From assembly GCA_965113315.1 (NCBI GenBank), contig OZ220368.1: 64,000 bases of DNA, one strand, 5' to 3'. A program made the translations under genes and the position numbers. How positions within the stretch are numbered: the stretch's first letter is position 1; every line of letters starts with the position of its first letter. This DNA comes from Podarcis vaucheri. Taxonomy: Eukaryota. This document shows, one piece after another, positions 53,758 through 64,000 of the stretch. A model generated the notes under the pieces. It did not search any database, had not been told where the DNA came from, and saw nothing but the letters and a program-made list of their open reading frames with translations.

Positions 53758-53766
53758 GGCCAATAA
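53758..53766 (+). CDS. FUBP1: FUBP1 canonical last coding exon (GQ*)
   Basis: CACAG|GGC CAA TAA TAA; the 20 exons sum to 1926 nt = 641 aa + stop. Confidence 0.9.
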   Translation, partial: GQ

Positions 53767-54093
53767 TAAGAAGTGGACAATACAGTATTTGCTTCATTAT
53801 GTGGGGGAAAAAAACCTTTGTTAAATGTATGGATGCAGACGCCTTCTTGAAGATCATAATTTTGTTTGGTTTAAAAATAGTGTTTTTTGAAAATGTACAA
53901 AATATCTATCACTACTGATAGGAGGTAATATTTCTGTGTAGAAATGGAAATTGGTTTGTTTTTAGTACATTAGTGTAGATGTACACATTCCAGCAAATGT
54001 ATTTGCAACTATTATGTGGTCAATGCTTTGTGATATAAATGTACTTTTTCAATGTATACTTGATCACTTTTAAATGCCTGTTTTGTGCTTTAC

Positions 54094-54099
54094 AATAAA
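54094..54099 (+). terminator. FUBP1 proximal polyadenylation signal
   Basis: AATAAA about 330 nt after the stop, preceded by several TGTA elements and followed by GT-rich sequence. Confidence 0.65.
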
Positions 54100-54796
54100 T
54101 AATATGAAACCTCCTGTGTCGGTAAGTTGGATATGTGGGTACTTGGAGAATTCAAGGGTTTCTTAGTAATGCTGTACATGTACACAATTAAGGTTTTTTT
54201 CCTTGAAAGTTTGAGCTTTACATTGGTATTCTCCCTTTGCAGAATAGTTATAGAAGGATCTTTTTCATTACTGTATTTTGCTGTTTAGCATCTTGATATC
54301 CTCCTCTTTCTACTTGATTAAAAATTGCATGTACATGAAGATGTTCCTTGACATACTTCTACTGCATTAACAGTTGCATTTTCTTTTTTATCCATGACCA
54401 CTGTCTCAGACCCATATAGCTGCTATAGTTAACATTTGTTTTTATACATGGTATAATTCTTTAGTATATTTTTTCAGGCTTGTTATTGAATCGTTCTAAA
54501 AGGCAATATGTGCTAAGCAATCGGTTTGCAGCACTTTGCTTAAGAATTCAGTGTAGTAAGGATTATATGCATTTTAGTTACTAAAACTGTGTTTGTGTTA
54601 GAAATATGCCTTTTGGAGTCTGGGAGTACTTAACAGAAAAACGTCTTGCAGATGAGCTCTGTTTTAAAATGCTGAAGACTAGTCATTAAGTTATATTTTG
54701 AAAAATCTCCATAAAACTTTTTTACTTTTACTAATTCATACTGAAAATTGGTATACTGTTAAAATCCACTGTTTGCTTTTTTTGCATCTATTAGAT

Positions 54797-54998
54797 NNNN
54801 NNNNNNNNNNNNNNNNNNNNNNNNNNNNNNNNNNNNNNNNNNNNNNNNNNNNNNNNNNNNNNNNNNNNNNNNNNNNNNNNNNNNNNNNNNNNNNNNNNNN
54901 NNNNNNNNNNNNNNNNNNNNNNNNNNNNNNNNNNNNNNNNNNNNNNNNNNNNNNNNNNNNNNNNNNNNNNNNNNNNNNNNNNNNNNNNNNNNNNNNNN
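54797..54998. other. Assembly gap (202 N)
   Basis: Run of N in the FUBP1 3' region. Confidence 1.
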
Positions 54999-55763
54999 TG
55001 CAAATGCCATACCTGTGTGAATATTATGTTGGAATAAAATACAGTGCTGATATTCTAGCAAATCATAATTGCTTCTTAATTCAGAAACCTAGGTGTTCAT
55101 AAATGTATGTGTATGAGCTTAATGGTAAGTATTCTTGAGCTATTTAGCTTTAGCAAAAGAAATTGTCATTTACCTAAGTAATAATTGTTCATTAGGGTTC
55201 AAAAATGAGATATATTCAGATAAAAACTTGTGCATTGTTAAAAACAAAAGTTTGAAATGCTTGTCAGGAGGAAGTTGTATTGTCTTCAGTTGTCTGCATT
55301 TATTTGGTGATAGAAGTATATGTTAATTTCTAAACCTTTATTAGCCTTATTTTTGGAAAACTATTTTGTTGTTTTGGAGTATACTCTTAGGATGGCTGCA
55401 AGAAAAGAACAAAATGAGATCAGAAATGAAGTAGTTTTACTGCACAGATAATTAGAAATGCATTTTGTTGTACTGTAGAATCAGGAGGGAATTATTTTTA
55501 TCCCAATTTAGGTTAGGATTTAAATTTTGAAAAGACTACTAGGAAGTTATTAAATATATTTAGTGTAGGCTGTAAAGTCTCTAGATCAAATATTTTGCAT
55601 GATTAGTCTGTAGCTTATTCGAAAATGGTGTAGTTACTAACTAAACAGAGCAACAATTCACCAGATTCTTTATCATTCACCAAATGGAGGCTGTTGATTT
55701 TGATTCATTTAAAGTATAAAATCTTTATTAATTGCAAACAGTGCAATTATTTATACTTCACAG

Positions 55764-55809
55764 TGCCTTCCCAGACCTTCCACCTTAGGTTCTGCTGCAA
55801 AAAGCACAG
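55764..55809 (+). CDS. FUBP1: FUBP1 alternative distal exon (CLPRPSTLGSAAKST)
   Basis: CTTCACAG|TGC CTT CCC AGA...AGC ACA G|GTAAGC; in frame after exon 19; matches a mammalian FUBP1 isoform tail as I recall it. Confidence 0.7.
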
Positions 55810-56630
55810 GTAAGCACAACCTAAGGAAGTGTATAAATACATATTTCAGTTTATTAATGTTGTCCCTGTGAGAATTTTTTGTGCTTGTGTATTCAAAAGC
55901 AATCTGCCAATATCTTCCCCAAATGTATTCTGCTATTCATGGTTTCATTCCAATGGAAAGTCTGAAACAATTATTTACATTTCTGGGTAAATGTGTATCT
56001 TTATTTTTAAAAGATAAGTGGATTGCTGCAATAATTTTTGAGTAAGTCACTTTTACTATTTTTCCCTCAATAACAGAGTTGTTACAAATGAATATAAAAT
56101 ATTTTTTCAAGATACAGGAAATATTGGTCAGAATTTCAACAGCCTTCACAAATGCTTTTATAATGTTCAAAGGATGTTATACCCAATACTACTTATTCAA
56201 GCATACTGTGTGTTTCATTCCCAAGGCAATAACGGATTTTAAGTTATACACCATAAAACATAACCTAGCTTGCTTATTTGATAAAGAAGGGAAATTTAGA
56301 CTTGAATTTTGCAGAATAGTTGTAGAAAGCATGTATTACCAGTGAAATGTTAACAGTTCAGCAAATCTTTCCTTTTTATAGGAAACTCCTTCCTACTTTG
56401 CTATTTCAGCTGAATTGCTGTATATTTTTGCCAGTTTAAATGTTTTGTATATGGCTTATTTAGATAGCTTAACTGGTCCATTTTTTTCAGTTTAGATAGA
56501 CGATGCTAAGGCAGTACCATCAGTTTTTTGTTTGTCACTTAATAAAATGCTTTGATTTTATCAAAAGTCCTGCTTTTCTCTGCATCAAAGAAAAATATTC
56601 AAAAAACCCTGCCTTCATTTTCACACACAG

Positions 56631-56668
56631 TGCTGAAGATGCTGCAAGCACCAAATCATAGCTCATAA
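56631..56668 (+). CDS. FUBP1: FUBP1 alternative distal terminal exon
   Basis: CACACAG|TGCTGAAGATGCTGCAAGCACCAAATCATAG; one frame reads AEDAASTKS*, the frame implied by the upstream exon reads VLKMLQAPNHSS*; AATAAA at 56695. Confidence 0.6.
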
Positions 56669-59455
56669 AATCAGGTCCTGAGATAGTTACTTCCAATAAA
56701 GAGGATTCCTTTGAGTGTATGGCCATGATGAGCCGATGAGCATGGACCATAGAAGGGCTCCATGTAGAAGGTAAAATTGGCAAAACAATACCGATTTTAA
56801 ATGTATCCCATACTTAATGGTGTAGGGTATAATTTGCCTGTTTTAATCGCTTCTCATTCTTTAAAGTGCTATTTGCTTGACCATAAATGTTCCATAATTT
56901 GTTATGTGGTAATAATACAAACCATCTATCAAGTTACACTTTGCTGAATAGTCAAGCATAGATAATGTTTTGCATTTCACAACTAAATTAATAGTTGTAC
57001 TTGAATTCCCTCGAGCCACTTCATATTTTGTTGTAGTTCAACATGTCAGATTTCATTATTATATGAGAACTAGATACGTGCTGAAGAGCTTCATCTCTGT
57101 TAGATTTTGTTTCCCCATTTTAAAACAGCTTGTTTTCGCTGCTCAGTTTTTAATATAAACATAGCTTGAAATTTCAAGGGAAGGGATGTAATAGAAACTA
57201 GAATGAAATTGTTGGCATAGGGGATTATGCATCTGCTTTGATAATCTTTATACTAAGCATTTTTTTTATTTTCATTATCAATTTGCTGGTGGACCTACAG
57301 GCATCTTCTTGCACCAAGTGTAGTTTTGGTATTCAGTTTTGTCTGATTTCTGTCAGAAACCTTGCATTGAATCAGAAGGTTCCATTCCATTCATTGAGTT
57401 TGAACCTTTATATACATAGTTGCCTCGTTTTCCTTGAGCGGTTCTTGTGCTATGGCAGGGGGAAAATAAGTGCAAATTTCTCGGTCACAGAATGTTAGGC
57501 AGTGAGAGTAAGGAATGTTTGGAAAGATGATCTTAATTTCAACTAATAACAATGTTTACAGATCACCCTTCAGTATGTGTGCTGTATAGGATATGATTTG
57601 CTAGTTTAAAAAAGTGATCTTTAGATTCGTGTAAATTGCAGTTATTTTTAGTAACTAGGTAGGCTATATCATTCACCTTTCTGAAAATATTACATCAGCT
57701 GCTGAGAAATCTTTCTTTTCATAATCTAGGCAGTAGAAAGAACTTTTCGATTTTTGTTGTGTGTACTAGCAGTTCATAAGGCAAAACATTCGGCCCTACA
57801 CAATGCAAACAGTAGCTACTCCTTTCCTACTGGTAGTACCCTATGAAAGTCCTGTGTTTATGCAACCTTTATCTTATATGCATGCAAGATGCATTTTCGT
57901 CCTAAGATAGTGTTCTCTACAGAAACTACCCGTGTAAAAAAAAGAAGATTGTCTTTTAAAGGCTACTGTGATGGGAAGTATCTTAGGGACATGCAGCTTG
58001 GACGTGAGGTAAATCAAATGCTTTACAGTATGTTGTGTTGAGCTTGCAATATTGACACTGTATGTACTCATGAATACACATTAATTGTAATGTTTTTGTA
58101 TAAGTTCTCAATAAATGTAAACTAATGGGTAATTTGTCTCCTGTGGGTTTTTTTGGGGTAAGGGGCAGGTACTTAAAGCTTTCAAGTGGAAGATGAAGTG
58201 TTACCGTTTCTTCCAGTGTTTGCAGCTGTGCAAGTATTAAATAAAGAACATACTCAGTTTTAGGAACTGAACATATTTATTAACCTTCCAGTTCAGGTAC
58301 AGAATAAGTCGTTTGGTACAACGTAAGGAAGAGACCCAGTTATCTCCTGCATAAAATGTAAATCAGTTGTACTGATCAATAAAAGTAAGCCAAAATCCCA
58401 TGGAAGATTATGCAAATTTCTTCCATATCTCTCCATTCCAGCATACATTTTAGTCTATATTGGAGTTTAGTTGGTTGTTTCTCATGTAGCAAAAAACATG
58501 GCTGTAATATCTTGTTATACATACATATTTCTGTATTGTGTCTGGTAAATACTGAGTGAGATGATTCAGTAAATAATTATACAATACGAGATGTAAGTTG
58601 AAACATCATTCACTATGATTCTAACACTTCCAACCTGAAAGATACAAATTTGGTTCAATATTCCAAGCAAGATGCTGGACAATGCCTACCATCTAATACA
58701 AAACAAATGCAAATGTTTTATTTCAAAGAACATGACATACAACTGTGTGTACACATTTAGTTACATAATCCTGCTTTCAAGCCAATATAATCTTGGTTTA
58801 ATTTTATTAAAGCATATTAAAGGAAAAGTTGCATTAAACAAAGGCATAACTTAAATAAACCACTACATTATTTTTGGCTACTTAATAGTTTGACCAGAAA
58901 AATATACTTTTTGCTCTCAAAGCTTCCAGGACCAAAGAAATAAAGATCATTTTTATGTAGTACGAATTAAGTGGTCTTTGGATTTGATTTAATTTAATAC
59001 TGTGTTTGTATATGGTTTTGGCTGAATTTTCTATATGAAAACTAACATTAAGTAGTCTGCTACTTAGGGTAACCTTACATGAAGTAGCCGATCACATTCA
59101 AGACAATCATGCATTTTGATTAACATGGTGAAGACTTGATGGGATCATATGACAAGCTGTTTCATATGAACAGCTTGGCTTTCCTGATAAGAATCTCCTT
59201 GTCACAGAAACAATTCAGTGGCATTAACAAGCAGCCACAGTGCTGTTTACAAGTGGAAATTGAGCCATTGTTTGTCAAATGAACGAAACTTCTGTTGCCA
59301 AACTTCAGTCTGAAACCAAGAGATAAATCTGGCAATTGGGTATCTTATTTGAGGAATGATAGACAACTTCTTGTTGGCCCCACCACAGGAGAGAGAGAGA
59401 AAGAAAGATGGATGTAGTAAATTTAGGGAAGGAAGGCTCCAGAAAAAGTAGGATA

Positions 59456-59469
59456 TTAATAGTCATCAG
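59456..59469 (-). CDS. NEXN: NEXN alternative terminal exon (TDDY*)
   Basis: Donor A|GTAAGA at 59558/59557; acceptor with long pyrimidine tract CTCTAG|CT GAT GAC TAT TAA; 88-nt intron. Confidence 0.8.
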
Positions 59470-59546
59470 CTAGAGAAGAGAAAAGAAAAGAAAGTTAAGA
59501 TCAACAGACATGAACAAGAACTAAAGATCTGATAACTTAAAAAATG

Positions 59547-59918
59547 CTAACTCTTACTCTCAATAGTGAGAATACAGGTGCTAGCTGCTGTTCCTCTGCT
59601 GTTTACTGCTTTACACATATATTCTCCTTCATCTTCCGGGAAAGTTTCTGGTAAGTAAAGGCAGTAGGTTTCTCCTCTCTCAATATATTGATAGTCCTCG
59701 CAGTCCTGCAACATTTCGCCTTCAAACCACCATGTAACCTCTGGCTTGGGTTCTCCAGTTATTTTAACAGTAAACCTTACTGGTTCGCTATCCACAACAG
59801 ACACATTTTTAAGAGGCTTTTTGAACCAAGGAGCACCAGATCGTGCTTGCTGCTCTTCATCCTCATAGACTGAGCCGTTAACAATGCTGCCATCCTCTTC
59901 CTCCTCCTCTTCCTTTTT
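59547..59918 (-). CDS. NEXN: NEXN last large exon (C-terminal Ig domain)
   Basis: [16 protein letters not shown]...[40 protein letters not shown]...[28 protein letters not shown]. Confidence 0.95.
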   Translation of the reverse strand, partial: KKEEEEEEDGSIVNGSVYEDEEQQARSGAPWFKKPLKNVSVVDSEPVRFTVKITGEPKPEVTWWFEGEMLQDCEDYQYIERGETYCLYLPETFPEDEGEYMCKAVNSRGTAASTCILTIESKS

Positions 59919-59995
59919 CTGCATTTTGAAATATAAATTGCAACAACAAATGCTGAAACACATTATACAGCACATTGAACAGTACCAGTATGGTC

Positions 59996-60112
59996 AGCTT
60001 GGATAGCTCATTTGGTTAGTGTGTGGCACTGATAACTCCCAAAGATTGCAGGTTTGATCCCTGCGTATTCCTCCATTGCAGAGGTTTGGACAATATCCTC
60101 TGGGTCCCTTCT
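59996..60112 (+). mobile_element. tRNA-derived SINE with CR1 tail
   Basis: A-box TAGCTCATTTGGTTAG, B-box GGTTTGATCCC, then ATTCCTCCATTGCAGAGGTTTGGAC..GGGTCCCTTC. Confidence 0.65.
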
Positions 60113-61214
60113 ATTTTTTTTATTATAGGTACAGCTATTCACAAGATCTATCCTCACACTAGTCTAACCACACTAGTGTGACTGAAACAATGTAAGGATG
60201 GAGTTCTGCAAAGGGAAGCAGGCCTAAGTCTCAAAACAAGTCAGTGGGATAACCAGGAGATTGTCTTTTTAGCCTTTAATGTTTTGTGTTTTCTAGGCCT
60301 TGTAGAACAATGCAATAGTAATCCTTGCCCGCTTGCCAAAAAAAACAAGCCTTGGTTCTACTGCATGTACCTAGAGCTTCTGCTAGATAATAGATCATCT
60401 CTTACTCTAACGAACCAGCACGTGGATAGGCTTTCAGTTTTTAAGAGCTCAGCTTTTTAGGGATGTGCATTGACTCCCAAGATTAAACTTGTGGATGTAG
60501 CAACAGGCTGCAGCCTTATTGAAGCACTCTTTCTAATTGACGTATTGGGAAGCAAAATTTTTTCCCTTAAAAACAAAACCTCTGCTTTCCTTCTATTCAC
60601 TGTAAAGGAGAATACGCTTTACATTTTCACAGTGGTAGATAAAATTTGCAGGCATAGGAGCCCCTCCAGAATTGATGAACGCTGCCAAATTGTAAACAGT
60701 TGCACCCAAGGCTTTTCATGCAGAGCACCTTAAAAGTATATAATTGCCTGTCAGACATGGGCACATTTGCAGGCATGGTTTCCTGTTTTGAGGGGATGAG
60801 GCCTCCCCAATGTTGGGAGTTATGGCTGCAGGGGTTCTGCTGCAAGGGAAGAGTTAATTACTTTGGGGTGGCTAACATGAATTTTAAGGTTGTGGGAAAA
60901 GGAGAATGAGCCCCAAAGGAGGACTGGGGTAGGGGAAATGTCACACAGCAAGGATTCTCTTATCCTAACAAAAGAGAAAGGATGCAGTTTCTCCCTGGGA
61001 ATTATTTATTGCACCTGGGTGGGGGTGGAGCCCCACTTCCCACCTCTTCAACATTAGGGCATTTCCTTAGCTTTGTTTTACTTTCCCTTCCCCACCCCAA
61101 CTAAACCCAGTCACTTTTGGGGGTTCCTGACTCCACGGAGCAAATACCTGATCTCACTTGACACTTTGCTAATGGCTCAAACTAGTTTGGGCATGTGAAA
61201 ACCACCTGCATCAC

Positions 61215-61400
61215 CTTTTGCAATGCAGCATCAATTTCCTTCTGTTCAAATTGCATGCGTAGCATTTTTTGTTCTTCAATTCTTCTCTGCTCCTCCTCTT
61301 CTCTTGCCTTTGCCATTTGTTCAAATCGGGCCTTCATGTCTATCTTGTGTGTAAATGGAGCTTCAGATTTTGTGGCTGGCTTTACATCTATTTCATCTTC
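61215..61400 (-). CDS. NEXN: NEXN internal exon
   Basis: [62 protein letters not shown]; 186 nt; AG/GT flanks. Confidence 0.95.
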
Positions 61401-62151
61401 CTGGAATAATAAAAACATTATGAGATGGCACCAAGTTTTTGGAAAAAGTGGAGGGCGGGGTGAGAGAGCTGTTATTAGTGGATATGGAAAACAGGCAGAA
61501 AGCTCACTACTCCATAAACTGAATATATAGAGTCTGTTACCACAAGATGTTAAGCTGTAGGCAAAACAAAACAAGTTTCTTCTAGTGACATAAAGCACAT
61601 CCTGTAGTATCGCCATAATTTAATGCTTCAAGGAAAAGAAATTACAGTGCACTGTCACAATTAAACATAATTCTAAGCTTTATAATCCTGAGAGGGTGGT
61701 GTTTGCTACATGATTTGTAGGAAACTTGGATCATAAATACTACTGCCTTTAAACCTACTTGATTTTTTCATTTTGTGAAGATAAATAATACGTATGAAAT
61801 CTGGAAAGGAATTTTCATCTAACTCCCTAGAGGTAAAATAGGAACACAGTCCATGATAGAAACAAGACGCAAGGCAAAAAAAAGAAAAAAATCATCATTG
61901 TCACTATACAGTAGCAAGCAGACATACGGCATTAGCACTGTGACATATGGTAGGACTCAGACTAGACATGGCATGCTGAAGATAAGCGTCATATTTAATA
62001 AGTTCCTGGAATTCTTCCTTTTTGCCCAAATCCATTTCAAAAGGCAGGGAAGGAAGACATTAGACAGAATGTGGTCGTTCTGACCACAGAGGACTCTCTT
62101 TGTCCTCTTAAATTGAGTAGATCTCTGGAAAAACTGGTTAAGTAACTGCTG

Positions 62152-62282
62152 CAAGCATAGGCAAACTCAGCCCTCCAGATGTTTTGGGACTACAACTCCC
62201 ATCATCCCTAGCCAACAGGACCAGTGATCAGGGATGATGGGAGTTGTAGTCCCAAAATATCTGGAGAGCAGAGTCGTGCCTG
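62152..62282. mobile_element. hAT-type MITE (same core as 2972/13991/42591, older)
   Basis: CCCTCCAGATGTTTTGGGACTACAACTCCCATCATCCCT...AGGGATGATGGGAGTTGTAGTCCCAAAATATCTGGAG; ends degraded. Confidence 0.8.
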
Positions 62283-62958
62283 AAGGGGATCATCATAGTT
62301 TCTACTTAGCCACACAGACACTGCGAAATTGACATACTACAGATTTAATCAAGCTGTAATTTTACACAACTAATTATAGGTATCAGCTAGTAGCCCAAGA
62401 AGTGGATGTGAATCCCCCATTTGGATGCCTGCAAAAACATTTTTACTTCCAACAAGCCTATCCAGATAAGCATTTGCTTTTAAATTTTTCTGATTTTTAT
62501 CTGTGTATTGTTGATAATTATTACATACATTGTCCTGTGCACACTATGCGAATATTTTTTTGAAAAAACACTTTCACATTTTTTCAAAATGGTTTTAAAA
62601 AAACACAAGACCTGTTCAGCCAAGCCTGTGGTGCTCAGACGTTATCACAAGGCAGATTCAGAATACTGCTCCTTTGGTTGATAACTACTTGTCTGTATTG
62701 TGGTTGCAAGTTTCCCATGGGTGGATCACACAATGCAGCAACGTATAGATTTCGTATCCATATGTGACCTTCCTACCTGCAGTTGCTAGATTAAAACATT
62801 CCCACTGTCCCATAGGATCCAGTTATGCAAAGTAGTAACCATGTGGAGACAGGTTTACACGAACAGTGCTGTCAGTAAGTCTTCAAGTCTTGTGGTAGCC
62901 ACACAAGCCCTCACAGAAGCTAGCGCAAGGCAGCCGCTGAATTGAAAATGGAACCTAC

Positions 62959-63180
62959 CTCTTGAAATTTCTCTGCTTCCCTTTCTTTTATTTCCTGATC
63001 CATAGCTCTTCTCCTTGCTCTTTCTTCCTCAATTTTTTTCTGTATTTCTTCTTCGGAGAGCTGCCCAATTTTCTCAAACTTTTTCTTCAAGCTCTTCGCT
63101 TGAATAGAACCACTTCTTTTTAACCTTATTAGCTCCTCATATTCTCTGCTTAGCTCAAAGGTTTCACACTCCTCCTCTTC
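62959..63180 (-). CDS. NEXN: NEXN internal exon
   Basis: [74 protein letters not shown]; 222 nt. Confidence 0.95.
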
Positions 63181-63486
63181 CTATTTGAAGGAAAATATGC
63201 CACAAGGTTATTGACAATCAAATAATACCCAAAAAAATCCTAAATGTGCAGTGCTTAAATAACGCACTGTTAATTATGTAATTTACATTGCTTTGAGCAG
63301 CAGCATTGAGTTGCCTGGGTGCGCAACACCCTGCCTGCTGCTTATTTTGAAGTCCAGTTAGCTACTAACTATAATTTTCACAACAAGCTTTTAAACTGCA
63401 TGCTTTTCTCGTCCCTCGTATTAATTCAAGAAGCAGAAAATTCTGCATGCACTTGTCACAGCAATTCATGTTAAGAATTGACAGAC

Positions 63487-63684
63487 CTCTCCCATTTCTT
63501 GTCTGAGTTGCTCAAATTCCTGCTTTTCCATTTCCAGTTTTTGTCGGCGCTCCTCTTCTGTACGCCTCTTTTCTTCTTCCATTTTTTGTCTCAGTAGCTC
63601 CTCAAAGTTAATTTCCAGTTTTCCAGGTGTGAGAGATTCTTGGGATACAGTTTTAGACATTGGCGAAAGCTCATCATCTGGACT
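63487..63684 (-). CDS. NEXN: NEXN internal exon (gene continues beyond window end)
   Basis: [66 protein letters not shown]; 198 nt. Confidence 0.94.
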
Positions 63685-63784
63685 CTGTTTGAAATAGTTT
63701 TATCATTGCACTGATGAAAAATTACATTTGTGTTGATCATCCCATTATATTATAATTTAGATCCACAAAGTGACTTGGATCTAG

Positions 63785-63835
63785 AGAGGTTCACTTTATT
63801 TGGCTCCTGAAAGAGGTTCACTTTATTTGGCTCCT
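63785..63835. repeat. 24-bp direct duplication
   Basis: AGAGGTTCACTTTATTTGGCTCCT twice, separated by GAA. Confidence 0.9.
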
Positions 63836-64000
63836 CAAGAGCCCCCAGCAAACCTCTGGCACTCACAAAAAGTGCTTCTATATGATTTTTGAGTATCCCT
63901 TCTCCTTTACCTCAAGCGGCGTAGCCAGGGGGGGCAGTTTCTCCCCCAGATCAATAAAACAATAGAAATACTTAACTAACTGACCAATCACATCAGTTCT

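Noticed and set aside
63785-63835. Direct repeats as a CRISPR-like array
   Set aside because: Only two copies with a 3-nt spacer in a vertebrate intron; a simple local duplication

Overview
Vertebrate genomic DNA, most likely a squamate reptile; the Sauria SINE, tRNA/CR1-tail SINEs and CR1/L2 LINEs suggest a lacertid lizard (inference). The window holds the conserved block GIPC2 (first coding exon only, - strand), DNAJB4 (complete, 3 coding exons, about 339 aa, - strand), FUBP1 (complete, 20 canonical coding exons, about 641 aa, + strand) and NEXN (last exons, - strand). FUBP1 starts in a CpG island that looks bidirectional, and its 3' region converges on that of NEXN. There are two assembly gaps (32656-32803, 54797-54998). 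I found no CRISPR array, genuine rRNA/tRNA gene or clearly new protein-coding system. The most interesting signals are in FUBP1 splicing: (i) alternative terminal exons that resemble mammalian isoform tails but carry a premature stop or a 1-nt frame change, (ii) an extra tyrosine-motif cassette exon, and (iii) candidate poison exons. Also notable are a BANP/CGCG-motif bidirectional promoter with candidate distal DNAJB4 5' exons, a four-layer nested transposon stack, and a little-diverged CR1. Comparisons with human or mouse isoforms are from memory and need checking by alignment.
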